Below, piece after piece: positions 17,864 through 27,296 of a stretch of DNA of 64,000 bases. The notes below the pieces were generated by a model that worked only from the letters and a program-made list of their open reading frames with translations, did no database searches and had not been told where the DNA came from. Location: contig JAPOZO010000052.1 in assembly GCA_026706025.1 (NCBI GenBank), forward strand, positions 48,337 through 112,336, in the 5' to 3' direction. Both the position numbers and the translations under genes were made by a program. Origin of the DNA: Candidatus Poribacteria bacterium (GTDB taxonomy: Bacteria; Poribacteria; WGA-4E; WGA-3G). Every line of letters begins with the position of its first letter. Position 1 is the first letter of the stretch.

Positions 17864-18217
17864 ATGTTAGCAGAAATACGTCAAAGAGAAGGGGTCATCG
17901 TTATTCGACCCACCGGACGCATGATCGGTGCAGCAAATGCTGAAATTCGAGAGCAGATTAATGAGGAACTGGAGGAGCATTTTGATTCTCCGAAGGTTAT
18001 CTTTAATCTTGAGAATGTCACCCGTATGGACAGTAGTGGGCTTGGCACGCTCGTCTCTGTGAATGTGACTGTCTCCCGTAAAGGCGGACGGACAGCACTT
18101 GTCAACGCCGGTGCACATATCCGCAACCTTCTTATCCTCGGCCGCTTAATGACTGTCTTTGAAACTTACAACAGCGAAGAAGAGGGAATCCTCGCGCTAA
18201 CTTCTGAAGAGAGTTAA
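17864..18217 (+). CDS. STAS-domain anti-sigma-factor antagonist (SpoIIAA-like)
   Basis: 117 aa with VTRMDSSGLGTLVSV, the conserved Ser/phospho-acceptor region of the STAS fold. Confidence 0.75.
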   Translation: MLAEIRQREGVIVIRPTGRMIGAANAEIREQINEELEEHFDSPKVIFNLENVTRMDSSGLGTLVSVNVTVSRKGGRTALVNAGAHIRNLLILGRLMTVFETYNSEEEGILALTSEES

Positions 18218-18351
18218 TGGGCGCGACAGAGCCATTTAGTTCCCTATTTACGCGACTGTAGTTAAGACTGAATGGCTCCGATAATACGGAGCCATATCTT
18301 GCACACCTACGCGAATTTTTCAGAGAAACCAAGATACGGAAAAGGAAATTT

Positions 18352-19518
18352 ATGGCAAATCAGAATCTTCCAACGTTTACTGTCAACGCCGGTTTCCATG
18401 ATCGAGATGGATGCCCGGTCAGTGTTAACGTTGACCATCCCGGTGTGAGCCAACTTCACGATCATTCTGTCACCTTGACAGATGTCGAATCCGGTGGCAC
18501 TATCTCAGCGCAATGCTACGCCGACGAGGACGGTATTACAACCTTAAACTGGATACTCAATGGACTCGCCGCTGGTGAATCGCGGACCTATACCCTTTCA
18601 GAGGGAAGCGTTGCTGGCGAATCGGGTGTCCAACTAAATGAAGAAGCCGCAACTATTGCCGTCACACTCAATGACCGCCCCTTTACAACGTTCCGTTATG
18701 CGACTTCTAACAACAAGGGGCAATTCCGCCCCTACTTCTTCCCTGTCTTCGGCCCCGATGGACGCGAGGTAACGCGCGGTGAAACAAGCGAGATATCGAA
18801 AGATCACGTGCATCACCGTTCACTCTACGTCGCCTATGGCGAAGTTAATGACGTTGATTTGTGGGGTGAAGGAAGCAATTCTGGAAGAGTCGTGCATCAA
18901 GGCTTTACACAAAAGCAAGGCGGTGCTGTCGTCGGCAGGATTTATACACATAACAATTGGGAGACACAGTCCGGTGATGTCTTGATGACGGATAAGCAGA
19001 ACTTCCGAATCTATAACCTTCCTGAGGATGCTGCGCTTATTGACTTGGATCTCAGTTTCATCGCTTCGGCGGGAGACGTTCATTTCGGAGATACCAAAGA
19101 AGGCGGTATTATGTCGATTCGAGTGCATCCGTCGATGAACGCTTCTGATGGCGGAAAGATTGAGAACGCTTTTGGCGGGATTAATGAGGCGGAAACTTGG
19201 GGAAAACGGGCGAACTGGTGTGATTATTCTGGCGTTGTTGACGGAACACCTGTCGGGATTGCTGTGTTTGATCATATTGTCAACCCGCGTTATCCGACAT
19301 ATTGGCATGTGCGTAACTACGGGTTAATGGGAAGCAATATCTTCGGTGGCGGCACCTTTGAAGGAGACCCTGCTAAAGATGGCTCCTACACGCTCAAACA
19401 GAGTGAAGAGATGCACTTCCGGTTCCGCGTCCTGATTCATGCAGGTGATGCAACTGTTGGAAAGGCTGGACAGAAATATCACGATTTCATCAACCCACCC
19501 GCTGTTGAGGTTTCCTGA
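18352..19518 (+). CDS. PmoA-family (DUF6807) protein
   Basis: Matches the family typically paired with Gfo/Idh/MocA oxidoreductases in PVC bacteria. The partner gene is immediately downstream. Confidence 0.55.
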   Translation: MANQNLPTFTVNAGFHDRDGCPVSVNVDHPGVSQLHDHSVTLTDVESGGTISAQCYADEDGITTLNWILNGLAAGESRTYTLSEGSVAGESGVQLNEEAATIAVTLNDRPFTTFRYATSNNKGQFRPYFFPVFGPDGREVTRGETSEISKDHVHHRSLYVAYGEVNDVDLWGEGSNSGRVVHQGFTQKQGGAVVGRIYTHNNWETQSGDVLMTDKQNFRIYNLPEDAALIDLDLSFIASAGDVHFGDTKEGGIMSIRVHPSMNASDGGKIENAFGGINEAETWGKRANWCDYSGVVDGTPVGIAVFDHIVNPRYPTYWHVRNYGLMGSNIFGGGTFEGDPAKDGSYTLKQSEEMHFRFRVLIHAGDATVGKAGQKYHDFINPPAVEVS

Positions 19519-19618
19519 CCGCGAAATTTATACCAAGATGGCTGTCGGCGGTCCGAAAGAAAACTCCGGCGGTTTTCGATAACCAGTCCACTGATAGCCA
19601 ATACACGGAGATTCATAT

Positions 19619-20686
19619 ATGCCGATCCCAACGATTCATGTGGGATGTACCCATTTCGCGCACGGTCGTTTACAAGCACAAGTCAATTCACACGGGTTAG
19701 AGCCCGTCGCGTGTGTGGACATCAACCTTGAAGCCGCACGCGATGGCGTATCATCAATAAACGATGCCCCTGAAGGCTTAACAGAACGTATCTACACCAC
19801 CATCACCGAAGCAAAAGAGAAGCACGATGCACAGGCTTGCCTTATCTATGCCTCAACAACTGTTCACGCCAAGTTAATCGTCGAAAGCCTGAACCTCGGT
19901 ATGCATACGCTCTGTGTCAAACCCATCGCAACAACACAGGCAGAATTCTACGACATTATTCAGGCACATAAAGCGAATCCAGGTTTAATGCTCGTTCAAG
20001 GGCAGAACAAACGTTGGAACCCCGCCGCCGCGAAGATGCGTGAATGGCTCCGCGAAGATGGTGGTATCGGTGAAATGTTAGCCGGTGAGTGCCGATTCTG
20101 GATCCGACAAAATCTGTACACTGGCCCTGATTCCCGGCAACCTGACGCTTATGTAGACGGACTCTTTTTTCATGCAGGCTGCAGCCATCAACTTGACCAA
20201 CTTGTTGCCGCAAAAGGTCTACCGAAATATGTCACCGCACATGTCCACAACCGCCGTGATCCTGAACTTGGGCAAATTGAGGCTTGGGGAACAGCAGGTG
20301 GAAACGCACTCATGGAATACGCAAACGGCGCGCCTTTCTCTTATGCTGGCACACGTGCAGGGCATGCCGGTCCCTTCGGTTGGAGCGGCAGCTGGAGCTT
20401 TCACGGCGAAGAAGGTGACCTCCGACGAGACGGAGGGCATCTGCAACTTTTCCAACTCGGCAAAAACGTCGAAGATTTAACGCTCCAAGATTTACACGCC
20501 GGTTTGATAGAAGATGATCGGCTTCAATTTGATGCTTTTGCGCAGGCGATTGTCAACGGCACGGATCGAGACTGGATGCAGGAGACAACCCTCGGCACAT
20601 GGATACTGATGGAAGCATTCAATGAGTCGGCGCGAACGCATGAACGCGTTGATGTTGAAGCGTTCGCTAAGAAGATGCTTGCTTGA
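19619..20686 (+). CDS. Gfo/Idh/MocA-family NAD(P)-dependent oxidoreductase
   Basis: Rossmann N-terminus and CVKPIATTQAE...LMLVQGQNKRWNP...IGEM conserved blocks. Confidence 0.75.
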   Translation: MPIPTIHVGCTHFAHGRLQAQVNSHGLEPVACVDINLEAARDGVSSINDAPEGLTERIYTTITEAKEKHDAQACLIYASTTVHAKLIVESLNLGMHTLCVKPIATTQAEFYDIIQAHKANPGLMLVQGQNKRWNPAAAKMREWLREDGGIGEMLAGECRFWIRQNLYTGPDSRQPDAYVDGLFFHAGCSHQLDQLVAAKGLPKYVTAHVHNRRDPELGQIEAWGTAGGNALMEYANGAPFSYAGTRAGHAGPFGWSGSWSFHGEEGDLRRDGGHLQLFQLGKNVEDLTLQDLHAGLIEDDRLQFDAFAQAIVNGTDRDWMQETTLGTWILMEAFNESARTHERVDVEAFAKKMLA

Positions 20687-20687
20687 T

Positions 20688-20790
20688 TAGTTATCAGTTG
20701 TCAGTTGTCGGTTGGTTATTCGGAACTATTAGTGAAAAGGTTTTACCTTATCCAACCACCTCTTAACCGACTACCGATCGCCATTTTGAA
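20688..20790. repeat. Family A heptad element copy 5
   Basis: TTAGTTATCAGTTGTCAGTTGTCGGTTGG ... GTGAAAAGGTTTTACC ... CCTCTTAACCGACTACCGATCG. Confidence 0.7.
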
Positions 20791-20804
20791 AATGGAGGCT
20801 TTTT

Positions 20805-22433
20805 ATGCAATCTCCACACGGTTCAGCGTTTCGTCCATCTGTGATGGGTAGGAACGGAATGGTTACTTCTGGACATGTACTTGCTTCGCAGGCAGGTATT
20901 CAGACAATGATGGCAGGCGGCAACGCCGTTGATGCTGCCATCGCAACCGCTGTAGCTCTCGGTATGGTTGAACCTGCTGGCTCTGGACTCGGAGGCGATG
21001 GGTTTATCCTCATCTATTGGGCGGATACCGGGAAGGTCGAAGCGGTAAATGGAACTGGACCTGCACCGCGTGCCGCGACACGGGAAACCTATCTCAAAGA
21101 TGGTGGAATCCCGATGAAAGGCATACGAAGTGTTTCGGTGCCGGGAATCGTTGACGCATGGCTCCTCGCACACGAACGCTACGGCACACTCAAATTAGAA
21201 GATGTTTTCGCGCCAGCAATCTCACTCTGCGAAGATGGATTTCCCGTCAGTCACAGACTTGCGGGCGGACTTAAAGGCGAGAACGCTCGTTTCGCCGCCG
21301 AACCTGACAGTCGCGCTATTTTTACAAACGATGGTGAACCCATCCCCGCCGGCCAGTTCATCGCCAACCCTAATCTCGGTGCTACACTCCGAAAGATTGC
21401 AAAACATGGCAGAGATATATTCTACAAGGGTGAAATCGCCAAAACTATCGGCGAATTCAGCCGTGCCTACGATGGACTCTTAACGGCTGAAGACCTCGCT
21501 GATTACCACGCACACTGGGCTGAACCGATACATGTCAACTACCGTGGATACGAAGTCTATGAGATGCCTCCAAATTCGAGTGGGCATATCTTGCTCCAAG
21601 AATTGAACATGGTTGAACTATTTGATTTGCAAAATTTGGGATGCAATACCGCTGAAAGCGTGCATTTGATGGTTGAAGCGAAAAAACTCGCTTTTGCTGA
21701 TCGCGAAAAATATATGGCGGACCCAGAATGGGTGGATGTTCCGATAGAAGGCATGTTATCGAAAGCCTACGCTGCCGAACAAGCCGAACGCATTGACTTG
21801 GAGAAAGCCGCTTTCGATGTGCCAGCCGGTGGGCCAGAGGCACATGAGGATACGACCTGTTTCTGCACCGCTGATCGCGCAGGAAACCTCGTCTGTATTT
21901 TGCAAAGCATCCAATCAGGTTTCGGTTCCGGTCTGGTTGCTGGGGACACAGGCGTTCTTTTGAACAATCGCATGACCTATTGGCATTTGGAAGAAGGGCA
22001 CCCGAACTGCTTGATACCGGGTAAACGCGTCCGTCATACGATGAACCCTGTCATTGTTACTAAAGACGGTCAGCCGTTCTTAGCGTGCGGGACACCAGGC
22101 GCGGATACACAGGTCCAGACAAACTTACAACTCGTTACCCATGTCCTCGATTTCGGAATGACTCCGCAAGAGGCGGTCTCTGCGCCGCGTTGGCGCAGTT
22201 TACAAAACCCGATGGAATCCACTATTCCGCACACTTGTTCTAATGACCTTCAGTTAGAAACCCGGTTCTCTTCAGATACCAAGGATGGATTAACAGAGAG
22301 GGGACACGAACTCCAAATCGTTGGGGATTGGGGCGGTCCCGGAAGTGCACAGATGATAATAGTTCATCCCGAATCTGGCGCGCTTATTGGAGGCTCTGAC
22401 CCAAGAACTGATGGGTACGCCGTTACTTTTTAG
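20805..22433 (+). CDS. ggt: Gamma-glutamyltranspeptidase
   Basis: GGT signature: N-terminal GGNAVDAAIA...GGDGF and catalytic Thr in TTCFCTADRAGNLV. 542 aa. Confidence 0.9.
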   Translation: MQSPHGSAFRPSVMGRNGMVTSGHVLASQAGIQTMMAGGNAVDAAIATAVALGMVEPAGSGLGGDGFILIYWADTGKVEAVNGTGPAPRAATRETYLKDGGIPMKGIRSVSVPGIVDAWLLAHERYGTLKLEDVFAPAISLCEDGFPVSHRLAGGLKGENARFAAEPDSRAIFTNDGEPIPAGQFIANPNLGATLRKIAKHGRDIFYKGEIAKTIGEFSRAYDGLLTAEDLADYHAHWAEPIHVNYRGYEVYEMPPNSSGHILLQELNMVELFDLQNLGCNTAESVHLMVEAKKLAFADREKYMADPEWVDVPIEGMLSKAYAAEQAERIDLEKAAFDVPAGGPEAHEDTTCFCTADRAGNLVCILQSIQSGFGSGLVAGDTGVLLNNRMTYWHLEEGHPNCLIPGKRVRHTMNPVIVTKDGQPFLACGTPGADTQVQTNLQLVTHVLDFGMTPQEAVSAPRWRSLQNPMESTIPHTCSNDLQLETRFSSDTKDGLTERGHELQIVGDWGGPGSAQMIIVHPESGALIGGSDPRTDGYAVTF

Positions 22434-22662
22434 TCTCTAATTTTTATACCAGAAAAGTGAAAAGAATGCCAACTCGCTCTCACATTTTGCTGTTATCATT
22501 TTCTTACCCTAAGTTGCTATGTTCTACAGTTTCCTACACGGCAATTTAGACTGTTTAGATTTAAACATTAAGAGCAAAAACCTTTAGAGTGACGATCTGG
22601 GTTCGGGATGTTAAACGAAACGGACATCGCTAACTTAATCGATACCTAATAGGAGGATTATC

Positions 22663-23511
22663 GTGAATAGCAGCATTATAGGGATCGTTGTACGTGCGAT
22701 CCTTTTAACAACCTTTTGTCTCGTAACATCACTGGTGTGGGCAGCTGATACTGTTCTCTTTGAAGAAGATTTTGAAGATGTAACCCTCGAAGCAAGTATA
22801 ATGGAACAGGTCAAAGATAAAAAAGTTTGGTCAGGGACACCGCCTGAGGGTTGGGAAATTACAAACGAAAACCCCAAAGACCTCGGAATGCCTGAGTGGA
22901 GGACCTGGGCGATTGTTGACCTTGAGTGGTGGACAGCAACGGCGGAAGACCAGCGGCGTAGCGAGTTCACAGGGGTACACAATGACGGCAAAGGCATCGG
23001 TAACGGAGCCGTTTCTGATCCTGATGAATGGGATGATTGGGAAGGAAATGGCGACCCTGACGCGTTGAGTCGTTGGAATGGCCACTTAATTACGCCACCG
23101 ATTAAAATCAAGGGCGCAGCAGCAAAGTCGCTCGTTTTAACGTTGGATTCGAGTTGGCGACCTGAAGATACGCAAAACGGTGAAATAACAGTAAGTTTTG
23201 ACGGTGGTAAGGAAGAACGCATCTTATTCTTCAAGAGTGTCGGTATTGACGCAGGCGCGCATACACTTGTTACAATTCCTACGCTCGACCTGGATGAGGA
23301 AGATATAAAGGATGGAGAACAGATAAACGAAACGTTAGAAATCCCGATTGATAATCCGGCAAATGCCACTGAGATGATCATTAGTTTCGGTGTCATTGAT
23401 GCACAGAATGATTGGTGGTGGGCAATAGATAATATAAAACTCATCAGCACAGCATTTTCTGTTGAGCCAAAACATAAATTAGCAGTTAGGTGGGCAGAAC
23501 TAAAATCCTAA
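22663..23511 (+). CDS. Secreted protein of unknown function with conserved C-terminal KLAVRWAELKS tail
   Basis: Signal peptide, LFEEDFED motif after the cleavage site, Trp-rich. C-terminus ...VEPKHKLAVRWAELKS is shared with three other exoproteins in the window. Confidence 0.6.
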   Translation: MNSSIIGIVVRAILLTTFCLVTSLVWAADTVLFEEDFEDVTLEASIMEQVKDKKVWSGTPPEGWEITNENPKDLGMPEWRTWAIVDLEWWTATAEDQRRSEFTGVHNDGKGIGNGAVSDPDEWDDWEGNGDPDALSRWNGHLITPPIKIKGAAAKSLVLTLDSSWRPEDTQNGEITVSFDGGKEERILFFKSVGIDAGAHTLVTIPTLDLDEEDIKDGEQINETLEIPIDNPANATEMIISFGVIDAQNDWWWAIDNIKLISTAFSVEPKHKLAVRWAELKS

Positions 23512-23583
23512 CAACACACCACCTTCGTCGCGTTGTGAGCGACTCGACATCGTTTACTGTTCGGCGAGGATAGCCGTAAAGAA

Positions 23584-23617
23584 GGGCTGTACTCACCTAA
23601 AGTGTAGCCCTTTTTTC
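23584..23617 (+). terminator. Rho-independent terminator
   Basis: GGGCTGTAC-tcacctaaa-GTGTAGCCC followed by TTTTTTC. Confidence 0.65.
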
Positions 23618-23646
23618 TATCTTGTTGGCTTTTAGGAGAAAAATTA

Positions 23647-24699
23647 ATGAAAATTTTAGTCACAGGCGGTACAGGTCGTATTGGGTCCAATCTTGTGAAA
23701 AAATTACTGGAAAAAGGACACGATATCCGCAGCTTTGTTTATCCGGGTGATGTCAATCGTGTCGGAAGATGGGACGGCGCGGAACGCGTTGAGACTGTCC
23801 TTGGCGATCTGCGCGAATATGAGGATGTGAAAAAAGCCGTTGAAGGTGTAGATGCCATCTATCATATCGCTGCTGCCTTCGGTGGCCCCTTCAATAACCG
23901 TGAATACTTGGCAATCAACGGCATGGGGACACTCAACATTTTAGAGTGTATCCGCGAATTCAATCCGAACATTCACCGTCTCGTTTATGCGTGTACCGAA
24001 GCGATTTATTGGGAACTCACCGAAAAAGGCAGATTTTTCAATGAACCCATCACAGAGGACATGGTTGCGAAGTACCATCACATGCCCTATTTCCTTACCA
24101 AATGGATCGGCGAGGAATTGTGCATGACTTATCACCACCAATACGGTGTGCCTTCCACGGTTTTCCGCTTCACAACCGTCATTGAACCGAGCGAATTCCT
24201 CAATGAGGACGGGTTACCAAAGCAATTCGTTTTTAGTCCGATCTATAATAGATATAAGAATTATAAAGGCGATGATCCAACTGAATTAGAGACCGCAGAG
24301 ACCGTCAAACGTCTCTGGGATGGACAAGAGAAGTTCATACTCAAACGCAACCGTGATGGACACCCCTTCAAGGAACATTTCACCGATGTCCGCGATATCG
24401 TGCAAGGGTTGGTCTTAGGAATTGAGAAAGATGCTGCTGTCGGTGAAGAATTCACGCTCGGTGGAAACGGCGTTTTCAAACACGAAGAGGTTATGCCATA
24501 CCTATCTGAACGCTACCAGATGGATTTTGTTGATGTGAAACTCGCACAATCCCTCTATTTTGAATTTGATTTAAGCAAAATCAAAACGCTGTTGGACTTC
24601 AAACCCCAGCACGACTTGGCAAGTATCCTTGATGCCGCAGAAGCGATGCGCCGCGGTGAAGATGTCGGTATTATTCCGACAGGTGTCCGGTGGAGTTAA
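23647..24699 (+). CDS. NAD-dependent epimerase/dehydratase family protein
   Basis: N-terminal VTGGTGRIGSNLV Rossmann motif. SDR-extended architecture. Confidence 0.8.
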   Translation: MKILVTGGTGRIGSNLVKKLLEKGHDIRSFVYPGDVNRVGRWDGAERVETVLGDLREYEDVKKAVEGVDAIYHIAAAFGGPFNNREYLAINGMGTLNILECIREFNPNIHRLVYACTEAIYWELTEKGRFFNEPITEDMVAKYHHMPYFLTKWIGEELCMTYHHQYGVPSTVFRFTTVIEPSEFLNEDGLPKQFVFSPIYNRYKNYKGDDPTELETAETVKRLWDGQEKFILKRNRDGHPFKEHFTDVRDIVQGLVLGIEKDAAVGEEFTLGGNGVFKHEEVMPYLSERYQMDFVDVKLAQSLYFEFDLSKIKTLLDFKPQHDLASILDAAEAMRRGEDVGIIPTGVRWS

Positions 24700-24800
24700 T
24701 ATCAATCTTTCTTCGCTTTTTCTTGACAATACCGCCAAAAATGGGTTAGACTCTTAAGAAACACATTTGTCCCAAATTGTGTCCTTGGAGGTTATCTACC

Positions 24801-26453
24801 GTGAAAAAATCCTTTGGAATTACTGCGCGTTACGCAATCGTTCTGGTCGCTTTTGCTTTCTTGACATTGAATTGCACCAAAGTTACGGTTGCCCCGACAC
24901 GGCAAGTCTCATCAAGCACAAAACACCTCGACCGGCACATCAACACTGTGCTTAAAAGAAAAGATATTCAACCCTCAGAAATGTCAGCGGACACGGAGTT
25001 TTTGCGTCGTGTTCATCTCGACCTAACAGGTAAAATTCCCACCCCCGAAGAAGTCTTGAATTTTCTCAAGGACGGCTCTCCTAACAAACGCCAAAAAAAG
25101 ATTGATCAATTGTTAGGCAGCGAGCCTTATATTGATTATTGGACTCGGTTGTGGGTAAACTGGTTAATCGGCAGGCGCGGTGATGGAGATGATCAGCGCA
25201 TCGGATTAACAGCTTGGGTACAGGACGCTTTGACGAAAAATATGCCCTACAATCAGTTCGTTCAAGAGCTCATCGCTGCGGACGGCGAGTTAAAGGACAA
25301 CGGTGCCGGAAACTATATCATGCGTTATGAGCGATCCCCGGTTGTGCTAACTTCGCATAGTTCGCGACTCTTTTTAGGGCTACCTATGCAGTGTGCTGAA
25401 TGCCACGATCATAAGACAGAAGCTTGGAGCCAAGCGGATTACTACGGTATTGCCGCCTTTTTTACTGGTATTGAGAGTGAACAGAAAGGATACATCCAGA
25501 CAATGGATATGGCGGGTAATGAGAGGCGGATGGAAAATTTTCTGATTACCAACAAACCGAGGAAGTCTATGTGGGTGGAGAGAATGGACGCAGAAGTCTC
25601 ACCGCGCTTCCTTGGCGGCACAGAATACACAGGTTCACTCACTAAAAGGCGTGCGGCACTCGCACAATGGATGACCGATAAATCAAACCCCTATTTCAGC
25701 CGGGCAATCGTAAACCGCATCTGGAAACACTTCATGGGACGCGCCTTTGTTGAACCTATTGATGGATTCGGCGAAGAGAATCTACCCACCAACCCGGAAT
25801 TGTTGAATTGGCTCGCAGAGGACCTTGTCATTTACGATTACGACCTGCGACACTTGATGCGGACAATCCTTAATTCAGAAGCTTACCAGCGTACATCACA
25901 AACGAATAAGAGTAATAAAGATGACGAACTTTATTATTCACACGCGTACTTGAAACCGCTAAGTGCTGAGCAGTTTTTCTATTCGCTCCTGCAGGCGACT
26001 GGCTATGAAAGGCTTCAGGAGGTGAAAATGAAAGGCGCGAACAGGCAGGGAGGTGAGGACCGCAGGGGGATGCTACGCGAGCTTGAACGGAGGAAACGCG
26101 ATCATCTCGAAAGGTTCCTGTTCCTACTTGATAACGGCGAAATGGAAGAGATCGAAGCGTTCAATGGAACCGTGCCACAGGCACTTATGATGATCAATGG
26201 AAACATGGTGAATGATAGCGCGACTCACGGAGAACGCGGCAGCTTTGTCAATTATGTCATGGAAAAATGGCGCCAACCCGCCGATCGACTGGAATATATC
26301 TATCTTAACATTCTCTCTCGGTTACCAACTGCTAAAGAGAAAACCTTTTTTCAACGTTATATGGAACGCAGCCTCTATCGAAATAAAGACTTGGCTTACG
26401 AAGACCTTTATTGGGTCTTGTTAAATTCAGCTGAATTTTCGCTTAATCATTAG
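24801..26453 (+). CDS. DUF1549/DUF1553 (PSD1-like) domain protein
   Basis: FLRRVHLDLTGKIPTPEE (DUF1549) and QCAECHDHKTEAWSQADYYG (DUF1553) motifs. GTG start at 24801 with GGAGG SD. The ATG at 24777 given in the ORF track is probably too far upstream. Confidence 0.7.
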   Translation: MKKSFGITARYAIVLVAFAFLTLNCTKVTVAPTRQVSSSTKHLDRHINTVLKRKDIQPSEMSADTEFLRRVHLDLTGKIPTPEEVLNFLKDGSPNKRQKKIDQLLGSEPYIDYWTRLWVNWLIGRRGDGDDQRIGLTAWVQDALTKNMPYNQFVQELIAADGELKDNGAGNYIMRYERSPVVLTSHSSRLFLGLPMQCAECHDHKTEAWSQADYYGIAAFFTGIESEQKGYIQTMDMAGNERRMENFLITNKPRKSMWVERMDAEVSPRFLGGTEYTGSLTKRRAALAQWMTDKSNPYFSRAIVNRIWKHFMGRAFVEPIDGFGEENLPTNPELLNWLAEDLVIYDYDLRHLMRTILNSEAYQRTSQTNKSNKDDELYYSHAYLKPLSAEQFFYSLLQATGYERLQEVKMKGANRQGGEDRRGMLRELERRKRDHLERFLFLLDNGEMEEIEAFNGTVPQALMMINGNMVNDSATHGERGSFVNYVMEKWRQPADRLEYIYLNILSRLPTAKEKTFFQRYMERSLYRNKDLAYEDLYWVLLNSAEFSLNH

Positions 26454-26556
26454 TTCGCACAACCTAACGGTTTCCTATCCTACGGAAGAAGATACAATAT
26501 CTGCACAGCCTAACAGGCTATGCTACTCCAAACAGAAGTAAAAGGAGGATTTTATT

Positions 26557-27279
26557 ATGAACAGACGTAATCTGTTCATCGCTATCTGCGGTATTACCCT
26601 CGGCATCGCCGCGATTGCGATGTCGCAAACCTATTTTGAAGATAATTTTGATGACCCAAAGGAATCTGAGAAGAAATGGGTCGCTCTCTTTGGCGATTGG
26701 GAATTCAAGGCTGATGAATACCATCAACTCCAAAATTCACCCAACTGCATGAGTGTCGTCGCTGACGAATTCTGGGACGACGAGTGGAATGATTACACTT
26801 TTGAGGTGAGAGGGAGTAAAATCAGTGGTGCTGAAGGCTTCCTGATTATGTTCCGGTGCCAAGGCTTGATGCAGCCTCGTGGTCAAGCACTCGAAGATCA
26901 TCCGCCGCGCATGGAGAAACTCAAACCTTCATTAGAGTACTGGTGGAACCTCGGCGGCTGGGGAAACACACGCTCACAGGTTGAATCTTGGGGTGGCAAA
27001 GGCGGTGCCAATAGCAATCACACTATCGACGAAAAAGAGTGGTATAGCATCAAGATCGTCAATGAACCGGGTAGTTACACGCTCTTCCTCAACGACGAAG
27101 AAGTCGCGAAGGTGGACGATGACACCGAGAATGGTGTCGGGAGAGTCGGGCTTGCAACCTGGAGCACCGTTGCGAAGTATGACGATGTTTTGGTTTATGG
27201 ACCGGATGGTCCCTCGTTACCAGTTGACGCGAAAAGCAAACTTGCAACAACTTGGGCACATCTGAAATCCGCAAAATAG
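26557..27279 (+). CDS. DUF1080-like (LamG/jellyroll, 3-keto-disaccharide-hydrolase-like) secreted protein, paralog 1
   Basis: Signal peptide, YFEDNFDD motif, jellyroll strand pattern (WxxxxGxW ... DYTFEVRGSKISGAEGFLIMFR ... VGLATWSTxxKYDDVLVYG). C-terminal KLATTWAHLKSAK. Confidence 0.6.
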   Translation: MNRRNLFIAICGITLGIAAIAMSQTYFEDNFDDPKESEKKWVALFGDWEFKADEYHQLQNSPNCMSVVADEFWDDEWNDYTFEVRGSKISGAEGFLIMFRCQGLMQPRGQALEDHPPRMEKLKPSLEYWWNLGGWGNTRSQVESWGGKGGANSNHTIDEKEWYSIKIVNEPGSYTLFLNDEEVAKVDDDTENGVGRVGLATWSTVAKYDDVLVYGPDGPSLPVDAKSKLATTWAHLKSAK

Positions 27280-27296
27280 AGAAGGAGGATGCTATT

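Noticed and set aside
27252-27296. ORF-track start at 27252 for the second DUF1080-like gene (MGTSEIRKIEKEDAIMNRRN...)
   Set aside because: It overlaps the upstream paralog's stop. The internal ATG at 27297 has the same AAGGAGGAT RBS as paralog 1 and gives an identical N-terminus MNRRNLFIAIC. The upstream extension is an artefact.
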